Source of the DNA: Moraxella sp.
GTDB taxonomy: Bacteria; Pseudomonadota; Gammaproteobacteria; Pseudomonadales; Moraxellaceae
DNA: 61,775 nt
Direction of reading: 5' to 3'
Assembly (NCBI GenBank): GCA_041781275.1
Contig: JBHAZZ010000020.1
Coordinates: 1 to 61,775 of the forward strand
Positions 10,268-21,600 of this stretch are shown here, one piece after another. Both the position numbers and the translations under genes were made by a program. Every line of letters starts with the position of its first letter. Position 1 is the stretch's first letter. The notes below the pieces were generated by a model. That model was given only the letters and a program-made list of their open reading frames with translations, had not been told where the DNA came from and ran no database searches.

Positions 10268-13200
10268 CACCACACCCCCAGTCTGACGCGCAGACGATTA
10301 TTGCTATCATACACAAGCAAAACCCCATCTTTGATTTCAAGCCTCGCCCCCGTATTCGCTGATTTAAAATGTCCGATTTTGGCGGACAACGCCGACAAGC
10401 TTTGAATGCTTGCTTTGTTGATTTTGGCGATGTCAATTGAGCCATTGGCGATAAAGGCATTGTTAATGTATGTACCAGCAGGCACTGTTACGCCATTGAC
10501 CACACTTGGTGTGGTTTTAACAACAAACGGTAAAACGCCTTTATTTGTTCCTGTTGGCGGAGCAATATAAAACTTATCAGCACGCACCGCAAAGTCTGAC
10601 ACACCATTACTGCTCATCAAACCAATGCCTGCAACAATTCCGCCTGTCTGGACTTTGACTGTATATTGAGCGTTAAGCCCATTTAGGCTTTGGGCGTGCT
10701 GTTGAATGCTTGCTGTTTGACCCTGTACAGTGGTTTGCAGAGTACCAATCTTGTTTGCTTCGGCTGTCAGCTTACCGTCTACTTGGCTTACCCTGGTCGT
10801 CAGATTGTCAAGAGCAACAGCATTGGCTTTTGTGCCAAGGCTAGTATTTAAGCTGTCAATGCGCTGGGACAATGCATTATTTGCCAAAACTTCAGTACGC
10901 TTAAATTCGTCAAGATTGGCATTGGCTTGAGTAATGGCAGTATCGATATCTTCAGGCGCAGGTGTCCAGTCTGTTGCGATATTGCCTTTTTCCAACTTAA
11001 TCTTATCAATACGATTGGTGCCTGTCGCAGAATTTGGGTAAAAATAAACATTTAGGTGTGTATCATTCGGTGTCAATTCTTGACCGTTTCGCACGGGTTT
11101 ACGCCATTTTCCCTTGCCTTGATACACGCCGTCTGCGATTTTTGTCAGCTTAAACAGCTCGGTAAACCCGTGTGTGTTGTACACGCCAATGCCCGTGCGA
11201 TCTGCTCCCATATCGCCCCAAATGGTTACAATAACATCATCGCCAACATTGGGGGCAATCGTCAATTCAAATCGATGTCCGTAGTTGGCATTGGCGATAT
11301 TTGGATTACTATTTTTAAGCAGGTTACGCCCACCAACGGCTAAGCTGTCAAATCTTGCATTTAACTGACTTTGAGCTGTGGCAATCGCCCCATTTAAATC
11401 GCTTGTGGTTCTTTCTAAATTGGCAATCTTACCTTCACTTATCCCAACTCGTCCGCCAATGCCATTTACTGTGCTTTCAAGCGTACGCAGGGCTTGGGCG
11501 TTGGCATTGTCGCCACTGGCTCGGGCGGTTTCTTCTCGAGCAAGGCGTGCCGTAATGTCAGTATCAGACTTTTTATAAGCCGTGTCTAATGCTGTGATAC
11601 GGCTTGCCAACGAGCTATCAGCGTCCGCCCTTGCTTTTTGTTCTGCTGTGATTGCACTATTGGCAGTATTGGCACGGTTCAACGCATTACTTGCAGTTGA
11701 TTGAGCATTGTCTGCTTTAGTTGTCGCTGTGTCTGCTTTATCGTTGGCGGTGTTTGCCGTATTTTGGGCGGTGGACACATTGGCGGTTAATTGGCTGATT
11801 TGGCTTGCCGTCGCTGTGTCTTTATCGGTCAATGTCTTAAGCTGACTTGCCACACTGGCTTTATTGCCTTGATAATCACTGCTCAAGCTATCAATGCGTT
11901 GGCTTAGAGCTGTGTCAGCTGTTGTGCGTGCTTGTGTCTCAGCTGCTACACTTGCTGTGCTTGCTTTTGAGCTGTTAAGCGTGTTGTAGCTTGCTTGCAG
12001 ATTATCAACACGACGAGACATGGCACTGTCCTTGTCAGTGATTGACTGCTCAAGTGTGCCAATGCGTGCATTTGTCTGCGTGTCTGCTGACTTATAAGCT
12101 GCATCAAGTGCGGTGATACGACTAGATAAAGCAGTGTCAGCACTGGCTCGGGCTTGTTGCTCAACCGTTAAGCTTGCATTAATCGCACTATCAGCAGTCT
12201 TATAACCTGCATCAAGCGTATCAATGCGTTGGCTGAGTGCATTGTCAGCATTGCTAAGCGTTTGTTGCATTGTAGCAATGCTTGCGTTAGTTTGTACAAA
12301 TTGAGCGTCGATATCTTCAGGCGCAGGTGTCCAGTCTGTTGCGATATTGCCGATTTCGAGCTTGATTTTGTCAATGCGAGATTGGCTTGTACCGCTCGAT
12401 GTAAACTGATAAATATTCAGGGTGCTGTTATTGACCTTGTTTGACCCATCTGCTCGACTGCTTACCCACTTAAACTTAGCTTGATAGATACCCTGCGTCA
12501 CTTGTGCAATACTACCAGCTAATGCAACCATACCGCCAGAGTTAAACGCCATAAACCTTTGTCTATCAGCCCCAAGCTCACCCCAGATGGTTATAACCAT
12601 GTCATCACCGTCTGATGGTGCTTGTGTGATTGGATATACTTTAAGTAGATAGCTGGCATTGCTAATGGTTGTGCCACTACCCAACAACAAGTTACGCCCA
12701 CCCACCGCCAAATTATCAAACCTCGCCCCAAGCCGTTCAACACTCAACGCTTGCCCTGCCTGTGTCTGTTTAATGGTGGTAATTTCTGCGTTGGCGGTGT
12801 CACTTGTCGTTTTTAGAGCGGTGTATTTTTGCGACAAATCGCCTGTTGTTATGCCAAGCTCACGGATAGACGATGTATGACTGCCCACCGTTTGTGCAAG
12901 ACTTGCTATTTCTTGGGTTTTGGCATTGTTGGCAGATTGTAAAGCGGTAATATCACGGATTGTTGATGTGATACGGTTACGCTCTGTTGTGATATTACTG
13001 ATTGCTGTGCTTAAATCAGTCTTAGCCTTGGCAATATCAGCTTTGGTGACAGTCATGTTAGCGTTTAGGCTAGATAGATTGCTATTGACCGCTACAATAC
13101 TGCTTTCAAGACTTGTCACCTTTGGGGTAATAAGTGCCAAACCGCTTTCAATGCCGCCAATTTTAGCGATAGGTGTGCGTAAAGTTTGGTCAAGATGGCT

Positions 13201-15672
13201 TTCGCTGATTTGACCCGATAAGATTTCAAGCACTTTTTCAGCATCTGCTGATGTTGTGCCAGATACCCAATCCGTCCAATCACTCACATTGCCAAGTTTA
13301 TCTACAATTCTCGCCCGATAATGCTGGGTCAAATTGCCTTGTAAGCCTGTGATTTCATGCTTGTTGGTTGGATAAGCAAATGTGCCAAGCGTGGCGATAT
13401 TTGAGCGACCATCGGGTGATACTTGGATTTCGGTGTAAGCCGTGTCATCACTGCCTGCGTTAAAAATCCAGCCCAGCTCCATACTAAACAGACCGCCTTT
13501 GGCGTATAGGCGTGCAGGGCGTGGCGGTTTGCCGATTTTGCCTGTGATTGGGGTAAGCTGGCTTGTCATGGCAAGGCTTTCGTTGTCAAATGCGTCAATC
13601 GCACGAACACGGGCTTGATAGTTACCGTCATAGACATTGTCAATGTCGATAGACTGACTTGCAGTCTTAGGCAGTGCCATCCAAGCACTGTCATCACCAT
13701 CTTTACGCCATTCAACACGATACGCCACTGCACCAATAACTTGCGACCAGTCAATGCTTAGCTTGGTGATGCTGACACCCTGCTCGACACGCACGGATTG
13801 GCTGATGGTTACCGCCTCAGGTGCGCTAATCACCGCCGTCGGGATAACGCTCACAGGCTTTGGCAAGGCACGAATGTCAATCTCGGCAGCGGCGAACTTG
13901 TCAGGATTATACTCAACACCTGTGACGGTAAACTTGGCAGGCTCAGACTGCACAATCGACATTACACGCAATTTGAGCGTCTGTAAATCGGCGCTATCCA
14001 TCGCCCAGACGGCATCGACTTCGGCACGCTCAAAGGCGGTCTGCACGGTGATTTTGTTGCCATTGATGGCGGTGATGGGGCGTGTTTCGGTCACGCCGTC
14101 ATTGCCATTGATCATCAGCATATCACCGCTTGCCAAAGGCTTGGTAATGGCACGGTCTAGGGTGATGATATTGCCATCGATCGCTTGTACACGACCGCCA
14201 TTATCACGACCTGCCAGCACATGATCTGACACGGCAATCACCGAGCCCACATGGGGCAAATAGCCGTCCAAGCCCACGCTAAATGTCACCGTCTGCGTCT
14301 CAAGTGCTTCTGACAGTAGCGCCCACTTGCCAAGTCTGATCGCCTGCGCCTGACTGGTGCAGCCAAAGGCAGACATATCAAGGGTTTTTACACCATATTT
14401 GGCGATGGCTTGCAAATCTGGGACGATCTCATAAGTGGTCTTGTACTCATTATCTGGGTCATCGTAGGCGACTTTGATTTGGGTGTGGCGTGCGTAATTG
14501 GCAGTGCCTGAGTACTCAAAATCGCCGATGATGTTGGCACGGCTGAATGTGTATAGCACATCTTTTGGCAGGTCTGCATCGACGATGATTTGCTCGCCGT
14601 CCCAATAGGTCAAAGCGTGGAAAATACCTGCGATGTTTTGTAAAATCTTATAGGCGTCTTCACGCTGTTGTAAGTACACATTACACGCATAACGGGGCTC
14701 ACGACCGCCACGGCCATCATCAACCATTTCATCACAGTACTGTGCCACACGATACAGACTCCATTTGTCCAGATGTCCGATTAGGCGATCACCGAGCGCA
14801 TAGCGACGAGCGGTGCATAAGTCATAATAAATCCAAGCGGGGTTGTTGCTATAAGCAAGCTTAAAAGTTCCGTCCCATAATCCCGAGTAAGTGCGTGCCA
14901 CAGGGTCATAGTTACTTGGCACTTGGATAATCATGCCATGACATTCAGCAGCAAATTTGGGGATATTGTTAAAGCTTTCGGCATTAAAGCGTAAGCCAAT
15001 CAATGCTGTGCATGGATAGCGTAGCTTGGCATCAATCACTTCGGTCAGCGCATCAATCGTCATGCGATCGCCGACCATTTCGCTGTCTTTGTTGGCGGTG
15101 AGACGGCGTACACGGATTGTCCAGTTATTCTTAGCAGTTGGTAGGTCAATGCGGTGACTGCGTTTGTAACCTTGACTTGCTTTACCGCTAAATTTGGTCG
15201 CCAGCACTTCACGCCATACACCGCCATCAGTCTGCACATCGACGGCATATTCAATGGTGTGGCCAACACGATCGCCATTATCTTTGGCGGTAAAAATCGC
15301 CCCAAAGCCTAGACGAATCACCACCGCTGATAGCTTGGTGTTGCGGACTTGACGGACAAAAGCACGGTCATGGCGCAGCTCAACATTGACACTGGTTTCA
15401 TTTTCAACCGCAGGAAAGCCGTGCAGGTGCGTTTGGTCAATCGTGCCCGTGCGCATCTCCCAACTCACACCGCCAAAGTTTTCGCCGCCGTTGTCATTAA
15501 TCAGCGGCGTACCATCTAAATAGATGGATTTGCCGCCATCAACCAAGCCCAAAATCTCACCTTCGCCAAGACCATAGATGATACCAACTTCATTGCCCGA
15601 CTGCATATTGTCAGGCATGATGTAGGGCTTACTTGCTTGTTGTCCTTTTTTTGCTCCGATGATTTGTTGCAT
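10267..15672 (-). CDS. Tail tip / host specificity protein (lambda gpJ-like) with coiled-coil and two internal modules
   Basis: GLGEGEILGL, YSNNPAWIYYD, FN3-like region, DUF1983-like C-terminus ending RVRLGVW. Confidence 0.93.
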   Translation of the reverse strand: MQQIIGAKKGQQASKPYIMPDNMQSGNEVGIIYGLGEGEILGLVDGGKSIYLDGTPLINDNGGENFGGVSWEMRTGTIDQTHLHGFPAVENETSVNVELRHDRAFVRQVRNTKLSAVVIRLGFGAIFTAKDNGDRVGHTIEYAVDVQTDGGVWREVLATKFSGKASQGYKRSHRIDLPTAKNNWTIRVRRLTANKDSEMVGDRMTIDALTEVIDAKLRYPCTALIGLRFNAESFNNIPKFAAECHGMIIQVPSNYDPVARTYSGLWDGTFKLAYSNNPAWIYYDLCTARRYALGDRLIGHLDKWSLYRVAQYCDEMVDDGRGGREPRYACNVYLQQREDAYKILQNIAGIFHALTYWDGEQIIVDADLPKDVLYTFSRANIIGDFEYSGTANYARHTQIKVAYDDPDNEYKTTYEIVPDLQAIAKYGVKTLDMSAFGCTSQAQAIRLGKWALLSEALETQTVTFSVGLDGYLPHVGSVIAVSDHVLAGRDNGGRVQAIDGNIITLDRAITKPLASGDMLMINGNDGVTETRPITAINGNKITVQTAFERAEVDAVWAMDSADLQTLKLRVMSIVQSEPAKFTVTGVEYNPDKFAAAEIDIRALPKPVSVIPTAVISAPEAVTISQSVRVEQGVSITKLSIDWSQVIGAVAYRVEWRKDGDDSAWMALPKTASQSIDIDNVYDGNYQARVRAIDAFDNESLAMTSQLTPITGKIGKPPRPARLYAKGGLFSMELGWIFNAGSDDTAYTEIQVSPDGRSNIATLGTFAYPTNKHEITGLQGNLTQHYRARIVDKLGNVSDWTDWVSGTTSADAEKVLEILSGQISESHLDQTLRTPIAKIGGIESGLALITPKVTSLESSIVAVNSNLSSLNANMTVTKADIAKAKTDLSTAISNITTERNRITSTIRDITALQSANNAKTQEIASLAQTVGSHTSSIRELGITTGDLSQKYTALKTTSDTANAEITTIKQTQAGQALSVERLGARFDNLAVGGRNLLLGSGTTISNASYLLKVYPITQAPSDGDDMVITIWGELGADRQRFMAFNSGGMVALAGSIAQVTQGIYQAKFKWVSSRADGSNKVNNSTLNIYQFTSSGTSQSRIDKIKLEIGNIATDWTPAPEDIDAQFVQTNASIATMQQTLSNADNALSQRIDTLDAGYKTADSAINASLTVEQQARASADTALSSRITALDAAYKSADTQTNARIGTLEQSITDKDSAMSRRVDNLQASYNTLNSSKASTASVAAETQARTTADTALSQRIDSLSSDYQGNKASVASQLKTLTDKDTATASQISQLTANVSTAQNTANTANDKADTATTKADNAQSTASNALNRANTANSAITAEQKARADADSSLASRITALDTAYKKSDTDITARLAREETARASGDNANAQALRTLESTVNGIGGRVGISEGKIANLERTTSDLNGAIATAQSQLNARFDSLAVGGRNLLKNSNPNIANANYGHRFELTIAPNVGDDVIVTIWGDMGADRTGIGVYNTHGFTELFKLTKIADGVYQGKGKWRKPVRNGQELTPNDTHLNVYFYPNSATGTNRIDKIKLEKGNIATDWTPAPEDIDTAITQANANLDEFKRTEVLANNALSQRIDSLNTSLGTKANAVALDNLTTRVSQVDGKLTAEANKIGTLQTTVQGQTASIQQHAQSLNGLNAQYTVKVQTGGIVAGIGLMSSNGVSDFAVRADKFYIAPPTGTNKGVLPFVVKTTPSVVNGVTVPAGTYINNAFIANGSIDIAKINKASIQSLSALSAKIGHFKSANTGARLEIKDGVLLVYDSNNRLRVRLGVW

Positions 15673-15697
15673 AAGTTATCCGAAGTTATCCAAATTA

Positions 15698-16390
15698 TTA
15701 CGGTTCTACCTGAGCTGTCGCTCGCATGGCCGTGCTACCAATCCCCTTACCATTGACTTGGCCACTGTGATTATGCACCCGAGTGCCACCATCAATGATT
15801 TTGTCATAGGCGGTAATGCCTGCCGACACGATAAAACCACCAATCAGTCTACGGCCATATAAGATAGGTACTGGGTTGCCCTGAGCAGTTGTAGTTATCG
15901 CACCCCCAAAGCCGTTGTTTGGCTTATTACCTTCATCATTGGCAACACTGACATCGGGTGTGGGTGCAAGCAAGGTTGCCACACCACCAGCCAACATACC
16001 AACGCCTGCCGCCACAAGCGACATTGATGAACCGCCTGTGAATGGTGTGCCAACAATCCCCACCACAATCATGGCAACCCCTGCGATGGTTTGTATCCAG
16101 CCAGCAGCTTTACCACCACTACCCACCACACGGGGAACGATATGAATGTAGTCGCTGTCTGTATGATAATTAAGTTCATGCTCGCCAATATTGGTTGCTT
16201 GTGTGCGTTTTTTGCCGTTGAATACAGCAAAGCGATAGCCAAACCGTTCAGACTGTAGCATAAATGCCTTGTAAGCAGGGATTTGGCAAGCCAACGCATG
16301 GCTAGCTTCTTTGGCACTTTGTACATCAAGCTTAAAAAATCTGCCAAATTTCTTTGCCAAGATGCCGTGTAGTTCAATCGTCTTTATCAT
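15698..16390 (-). CDS. Tail assembly protein (lambda gpI-like)
   Basis: IELHGILAKKFGR, IHIVPRVVGSG, AQGNPVPILYG. Confidence 0.9.
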   Translation of the reverse strand: MIKTIELHGILAKKFGRFFKLDVQSAKEASHALACQIPAYKAFMLQSERFGYRFAVFNGKKRTQATNIGEHELNYHTDSDYIHIVPRVVGSGGKAAGWIQTIAGVAMIVVGIVGTPFTGGSSMSLVAAGVGMLAGGVATLLAPTPDVSVANDEGNKPNNGFGGAITTTAQGNPVPILYGRRLIGGFIVSAGITAYDKIIDGGTRVHNHSGQVNGKGIGSTAMRATAQVEP

Positions 16391-17150
16391 GCTTAAGCTC
16401 CATCATGGATGTGTGGCGCACCACCATCGCCACTCGTTTTGCCCAGTTTTCGCCAAAGATTTCACGCACGGAGTTACGCCCGTGTGGGTGGTGAATGACA
16501 AGATTTTTGCCAAAGATTGGCGGTGCGCTTTCGCTCACCAAATCACCGCTATCACCCAGATAAATCAAGGCATGATTGGGGTGATGGGTGCGTCCGACAC
16601 GGCAGATGATGACATCATGTTTTTGTAAGTCAGACAGTGGTACTTCAACAAAGCCTTCATTTTTAAAGTTTTCAGCATACAAGCTTGGGCTGTTTTCATC
16701 TTCCCACCAGTCCACGGCTCTAGGATAATCTGACAGTATCAAGCCACACTCACGCTCGTAATAATCACGCACTAAGCTGTAGCAGTCTTGTAAGCCATGC
16801 ACATACTCACGCCCGACCAGTGGTGCAGTGTAGGCTTTGGGCTTATGGGTGCGGATATTGACCACGCCATCATTGACCGATGCAATCACCCACGGCACGC
16901 CATGTAACGCCATCTGCACACGGTCAGGCTCAGACGGCATGGGCTCACCATCAGGGTGGCTATGTACGATGGCTTGGATGTCGGCATTGACTAGCATAGC
17001 AGGGTCAATCTCAAAGCCGTTTAGCGTATCGGCAGCAATATTGACACAAGGCTGATAATCGCCATCAATAATCAAGCCACAGCACTCATGCGGATAAGCA
17101 TCAAGTGCATGGGATTTGATGGCGTCTTTGGTTGTCTTGGATAGTCGCAT
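16374..17150 (-). CDS. Tail protein gpK-like (JAB + NlpC/P60)
   Basis: YPHECCG, IVHSHPD, DCYSLVRDYY, NHALIYLG. Confidence 0.92.
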   Translation of the reverse strand: MRLSKTTKDAIKSHALDAYPHECCGLIIDGDYQPCVNIAADTLNGFEIDPAMLVNADIQAIVHSHPDGEPMPSEPDRVQMALHGVPWVIASVNDGVVNIRTHKPKAYTAPLVGREYVHGLQDCYSLVRDYYERECGLILSDYPRAVDWWEDENSPSLYAENFKNEGFVEVPLSDLQKHDVIICRVGRTHHPNHALIYLGDSGDLVSESAPPIFGKNLVIHHPHGRNSVREIFGENWAKRVAMVVRHTSMMELKHDKDD

Positions 17151-17818
17151 CAGATTAACCCCGCTGCAGGATAGCCACCAAATGGCAAGGGATTGCCTTT
17201 GCCGTGGCGGATTTCACAACCGTCAAACCAGCCATTACACATATCCAGCGCTGGATTGTCCGTTGGCTCATTATTGACTGTGTACATTGCCATTCCTGTA
17301 TAGCCACAGCACTCACCCCGATAGCCGCCCGTCATCGCCCAATGACAATGATGGCCAATGACACGCACAGGAATTTGAGATTGCCCAAAGTCCACAGGGT
17401 TTGACAGCTCAAACTCAACGATTTGGCTGTTGGCTCGCTTTTTTTGCTCAACATACCAAATTTGCTTTTTGTACTCAGGATTTGAGCTGGTTAGATACTT
17501 GGCAAGCGTGGTATAGACGGTAAGCACCGCACCAACAAAATCCCCACGCTGCAGTGTCAAAGCGTGCATACCGCCCCAGTGTTCGCCCAGTTTGTTGTCA
17601 AACACTAGGCTTGGCATACTTGCCTTGCCATCGCCACGGGTCTCAAGTCCGATGGATTGTACCGCCGTTGGGGCGTAGTCTTTGCCCTTAAAGGTGATGA
17701 CCCCGCCATGATGATTGTGGAAATAATACACATCGCCACCTTGACGACGGGCGTCAAGGCAGTAAAGCGTTACCAAGCCATCAACGGATTGTTTTTGGAT
17801 ATCTGCACTTAACGCCAT
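17150..17818 (-). CDS. Minor tail protein gpL-like
   Basis: VEFELSNPVD, C-terminal Cys cluster, LPFGGYP. Confidence 0.92.
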   Translation of the reverse strand: MALSADIQKQSVDGLVTLYCLDARRQGGDVYYFHNHHGGVITFKGKDYAPTAVQSIGLETRGDGKASMPSLVFDNKLGEHWGGMHALTLQRGDFVGAVLTVYTTLAKYLTSSNPEYKKQIWYVEQKKRANSQIVEFELSNPVDFGQSQIPVRVIGHHCHWAMTGGYRGECCGYTGMAMYTVNNEPTDNPALDMCNGWFDGCEIRHGKGNPLPFGGYPAAGLI

Positions 17819-17835
17819 TGTTGCACCTGTATCTA

Positions 17836-18228
17836 TTACACAGCTTCAGCGGTTTGTGCGTCAGCGGTCTTGCATAGCACACCAAACTCACCATCACGAT
17901 ACACGACAGCAAAGGCAGTAACCGTGCGTGCATTGTCCCAGCCTTTTAGCTGTTGGGTTTGCTGTGTTGCCCAAGCAATCAGCTCACCCCGAAACACGCT
18001 GACACGATTGCGACGAAGTAAGCCGTTATTTTCTTCGTTGTTGGTGATTTCAAAACCATCATCTTCAGGATAATAGACGATTTCAATATGGCTGGCTTTA
18101 TCGCCGTGGCTTGCCGTCCACATACCGACTTGGTTGATAAAGCTTGTGATTAGATTGGCTTCTTCACGGCTTAATAGCTGTACTTGTACGCTTTCGCCGT
18201 CTGTTTCGATAGTTGCTACATCATTCAT
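17836..18228 (-). CDS. Hypothetical acidic protein between tail M and L
   Basis: 130-aa ORF with GGAG RBS. Confidence 0.7.
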   Translation of the reverse strand: MNDVATIETDGESVQVQLLSREEANLITSFINQVGMWTASHGDKASHIEIVYYPEDDGFEITNNEENNGLLRRNRVSVFRGELIAWATQQTQQLKGWDNARTVTAFAVVYRDGEFGVLCKTADAQTAEAV

Positions 18229-18305
18229 GATTTACTCCAAATAAAAAGCCCTTGACTATCAAGGGCTTGGTTGATGTTAACGAAATTAATTTCGTCGAGA
18301 TAAAA

Positions 18306-18635
18306 TTAAAACACTTGTTCAAACTTTAGGCTAATCTGCCAAAAGTTACCTTTGCGCTGGCTGACACTGTAACCTTCACAAACATATTTATTTTTGACGC
18401 CAAAGGGATTGACCCAATAAAAGGGCTTTGCCCCTTTGTGCGCATCAATAAAGTCCATGATTGGCTTAATCACCGTCTCATAATCACCAGTTTTACTGCC
18501 TGACCAGATTTCACGGCGGTTGTTAATACCGACGCTGACACGCTGTACATAGCCGTCGTTATATTGGTTTTTTAGCACAGTTTGGGTGGTCTCAATAGAC
18601 GCACCCATGTTAAATTTGTAATCAAAGGTCTGCAT
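18306..18635 (-). CDS. Minor tail protein gpM-like
   Basis: DGYVQRVSVGIN, FIDAHKGAKPFYW, FEQVF. Confidence 0.9.
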   Translation of the reverse strand: MQTFDYKFNMGASIETTQTVLKNQYNDGYVQRVSVGINNRREIWSGSKTGDYETVIKPIMDFIDAHKGAKPFYWVNPFGVKNKYVCEGYSVSQRKGNFWQISLKFEQVF

Positions 18636-21600
18636 TAATACCCCCAGCCTTGGCGGTGCGACTTGGCATCACGCTCGGCAAGCTTGTAGTCGATGGCGTC
18701 ACCGACCATCTTACCGATTGTTATCATTAAGTCCCCATTGTCTTGATGTTCAGTTTGTACGCTTTCGCCTGTGTAGTTATTGATGATAACTTTGGTTTCT
18801 CCACGCCCTTGCAAGCGATTTAACGTATTATCAAGATTTTGGGCGGTGTGTCGTGGCAGTACACGCTCGCCTTTTTCTAAGTTCCACGTTCCGCTTTTTG
18901 GCACGCTCATAATACCGTCGTGGGCTTGTCCGATAACAGGGGCTTTGAGGGCTCGGATATCATTGACGATTGACATGCCTTGTGCGAACGCCCCTGCGAT
19001 CATGGGTATATTCGCCGGAAATCCGATTTTTGATGCCTGGGCAATATTTGACTTAAGCGCAAGCATTGCTCTGGCAATAGCCACACCTCTTTCAGCGGCA
19101 AATGTCGCACGGTAAAACTTGGATTGCTCACCGAAGGCGGTTTTGGAAGTATTTGCCAGCGACCCAAGCATATCTTGAGACATAGATAATTGCAGATCTA
19201 GCATATTTTGCCTGTGATTTTTTGTCAGTATTTCACGTGCAGTTTGTGCTTCTTGCATGATTTTAGTCATCGTATCTTGATCATTTTTGTACTTTTCCAA
19301 ACCATTTTTTTCATAGATGTCAATCAACTTATTTCCATCATCAAATTTCTTGTTCAATTGCTCCATCGGGCTTAATTCTTTCTTTGGCAGTCCTAAAGCA
19401 TTATGCAAAACACTCACTCTTGCATTATCTAAAATGTCCCTATGGTTTGGATCTAGCATACTATTAGACGCAGAATGTTTCTCATATAACTTATGTTGCT
19501 CCGATATAATGTCAAGTTGTTCTTTTAAGATATTCAACTTATTTTCTTCATCGCTGATTTGACTTTTTACAATTTCTTTATATGCTGTTTGCACAACCAA
19601 TCTTTTATTCATTTCTGCCAATTCATTAGCTGACTGCTCAATGTCTTCATAATAGTTCTCGTGGATCTCTTTTAAATACTCATATTTTCCTAATGTTTTT
19701 AAACGAGTATTTTCAATGACTGCTAAATCTTGAGCAAATTTACTGCTTTCCGCCAAAAGATTATCTTGCTCTCTAAGACTTTCTATTGTTTCTCTGATTG
19801 AGTTTTGATATGAAGCCAACTCTCTATGAGCTGCAAAATCCAACGTTTCTTGTTTAACATTTTCTGCTGCTAAGCTTAAGGGATTAGCATCATTATAAAG
19901 ATCATATCTTAAACTCAGATATTCACTATCGCTGTTTTTAAGTGCGTATAATTGTTTAGCCAGATCTATATTTTTTTCATATAATTCAGCCCCTGCTGAA
20001 ATCTCGTCCATTGTTCTTGCAGTATCAGCCATCAAGTCTTTAACGCTCTGATCCAGTCCAAAAAACTTACCATGTATATTGTTGGCTTCATAATCAATTT
20101 TAGCAGTCTGAGTGTTTAATAACTCATTGACAGGATATCTATTCCAAAGCCACCATTGTTTGTTCCACTCAATGAGTTGCTCTGTCATGTTTTTTGCGAG
20201 ATCAAAAACAGCTTGATTTGCTTTATCGTTTGCCTGCTTTACTTTTTTAGCAGCCTTTTCTCCTGCCTTACCAGCTTCGTCGGCTTTATTTTCCACGCCT
20301 GCATAAGCACGCTGTTGCTCTTGCAAAGATTTAGTAACAGCTTCATTTGCTTTTGCTTGTTTTTGACCGCTTTTTATTGATTCATCTACATAATTTCTGG
20401 CGGCGGTAACTTTATTTTGTGAGAGCTGAGTGTCAAAATTTGGATTAATGGCGTATTCTTCATAACTTAGTCTACCCACGCTGACTGGGGCAACGTGTTT
20501 TATTTCGCTGATTGCCTGACCACCAAAGAAAACCGATACCGAACTTATCCCACGAATCAGCTCATTGACCCTATCAATCATGCTATTGACAAATCGCACG
20601 CCGACATTAGCCGTACCTTCAAGAATACTAGTAATGGTGTTACCCATCGCCCGAACGCCGTTTTTGATGGCAATCCAGCCATTACTTAGGTTTTGTACCG
20701 TCATTTTGGCAAAGGTAACGCCATAAGTTACCAAATTATCAAAAACACTTGCCCCAACCTGCACCAAGCCAACAAATCCGCCTTGGGTATTTTTAAACAT
20801 CTCACCAAAATAGCCTGTCATGCTGACCGTGGATTTGTCCGTGTTACCAACCAAGCCACTTAGCACATCGCCCGCCACATCAAAAATCATGCCCCAGCCA
20901 TCAACAGCATTACTGACAAAATCTTCAAACATGACACCTGCTAGACGTGCGGTATCGCCAAGGCTTTTTATTGCTCCTTGTAAACCTTCTGCTTTAATGA
21001 CGATTGCCGACATTATTGCAGCTAGTGTCAAAAGCGGATTAGCTCTTAATATTGCAGCCACACCACCTAAAGCTGCACCCACACCCAACACGCCACGCCC
21101 AAGCAGTATGCTAGATCCGATGGCTACCTTTTGAGCGTTTGCCATGGTCAGATTGGCGGTGGCATTGGCAAGCATGGCTCGGGTATTACCCAAGATTGCC
21201 GTGGTGGACGCACCAAGTCCTGTGATTTTGGCAGGCAGATTACGCACAAAGGCGGCGGTGGCAGTTATCGCTCCTGTCATCGCTGTGGTGTAGCGATGTA
21301 GTGCCATCTGAGCAGGCGTATGACCCTGCACCAGTGCCATCAATACCGCCCCAAGTCGTTCTTGGCTGGTGGCGTTGGCGATGGTCGCCCCTGTGTTTGC
21401 CATAAGAGCTGTGCTTTGTGCGTACAAGGTGGGTATGGTAGCCCCAACGCTCGCCCCAAATTGAACAAACGCCCCGACCGCCGCCACACCAACAAGCCCT
21501 GTGATTTGGTGCAGTCCGCCATTATCAATCCATTCACCAATGCCATGCATACTGGCGATGATGGATTTGGATAGCGTGTCAAATGCACCACCTGTCTTAT

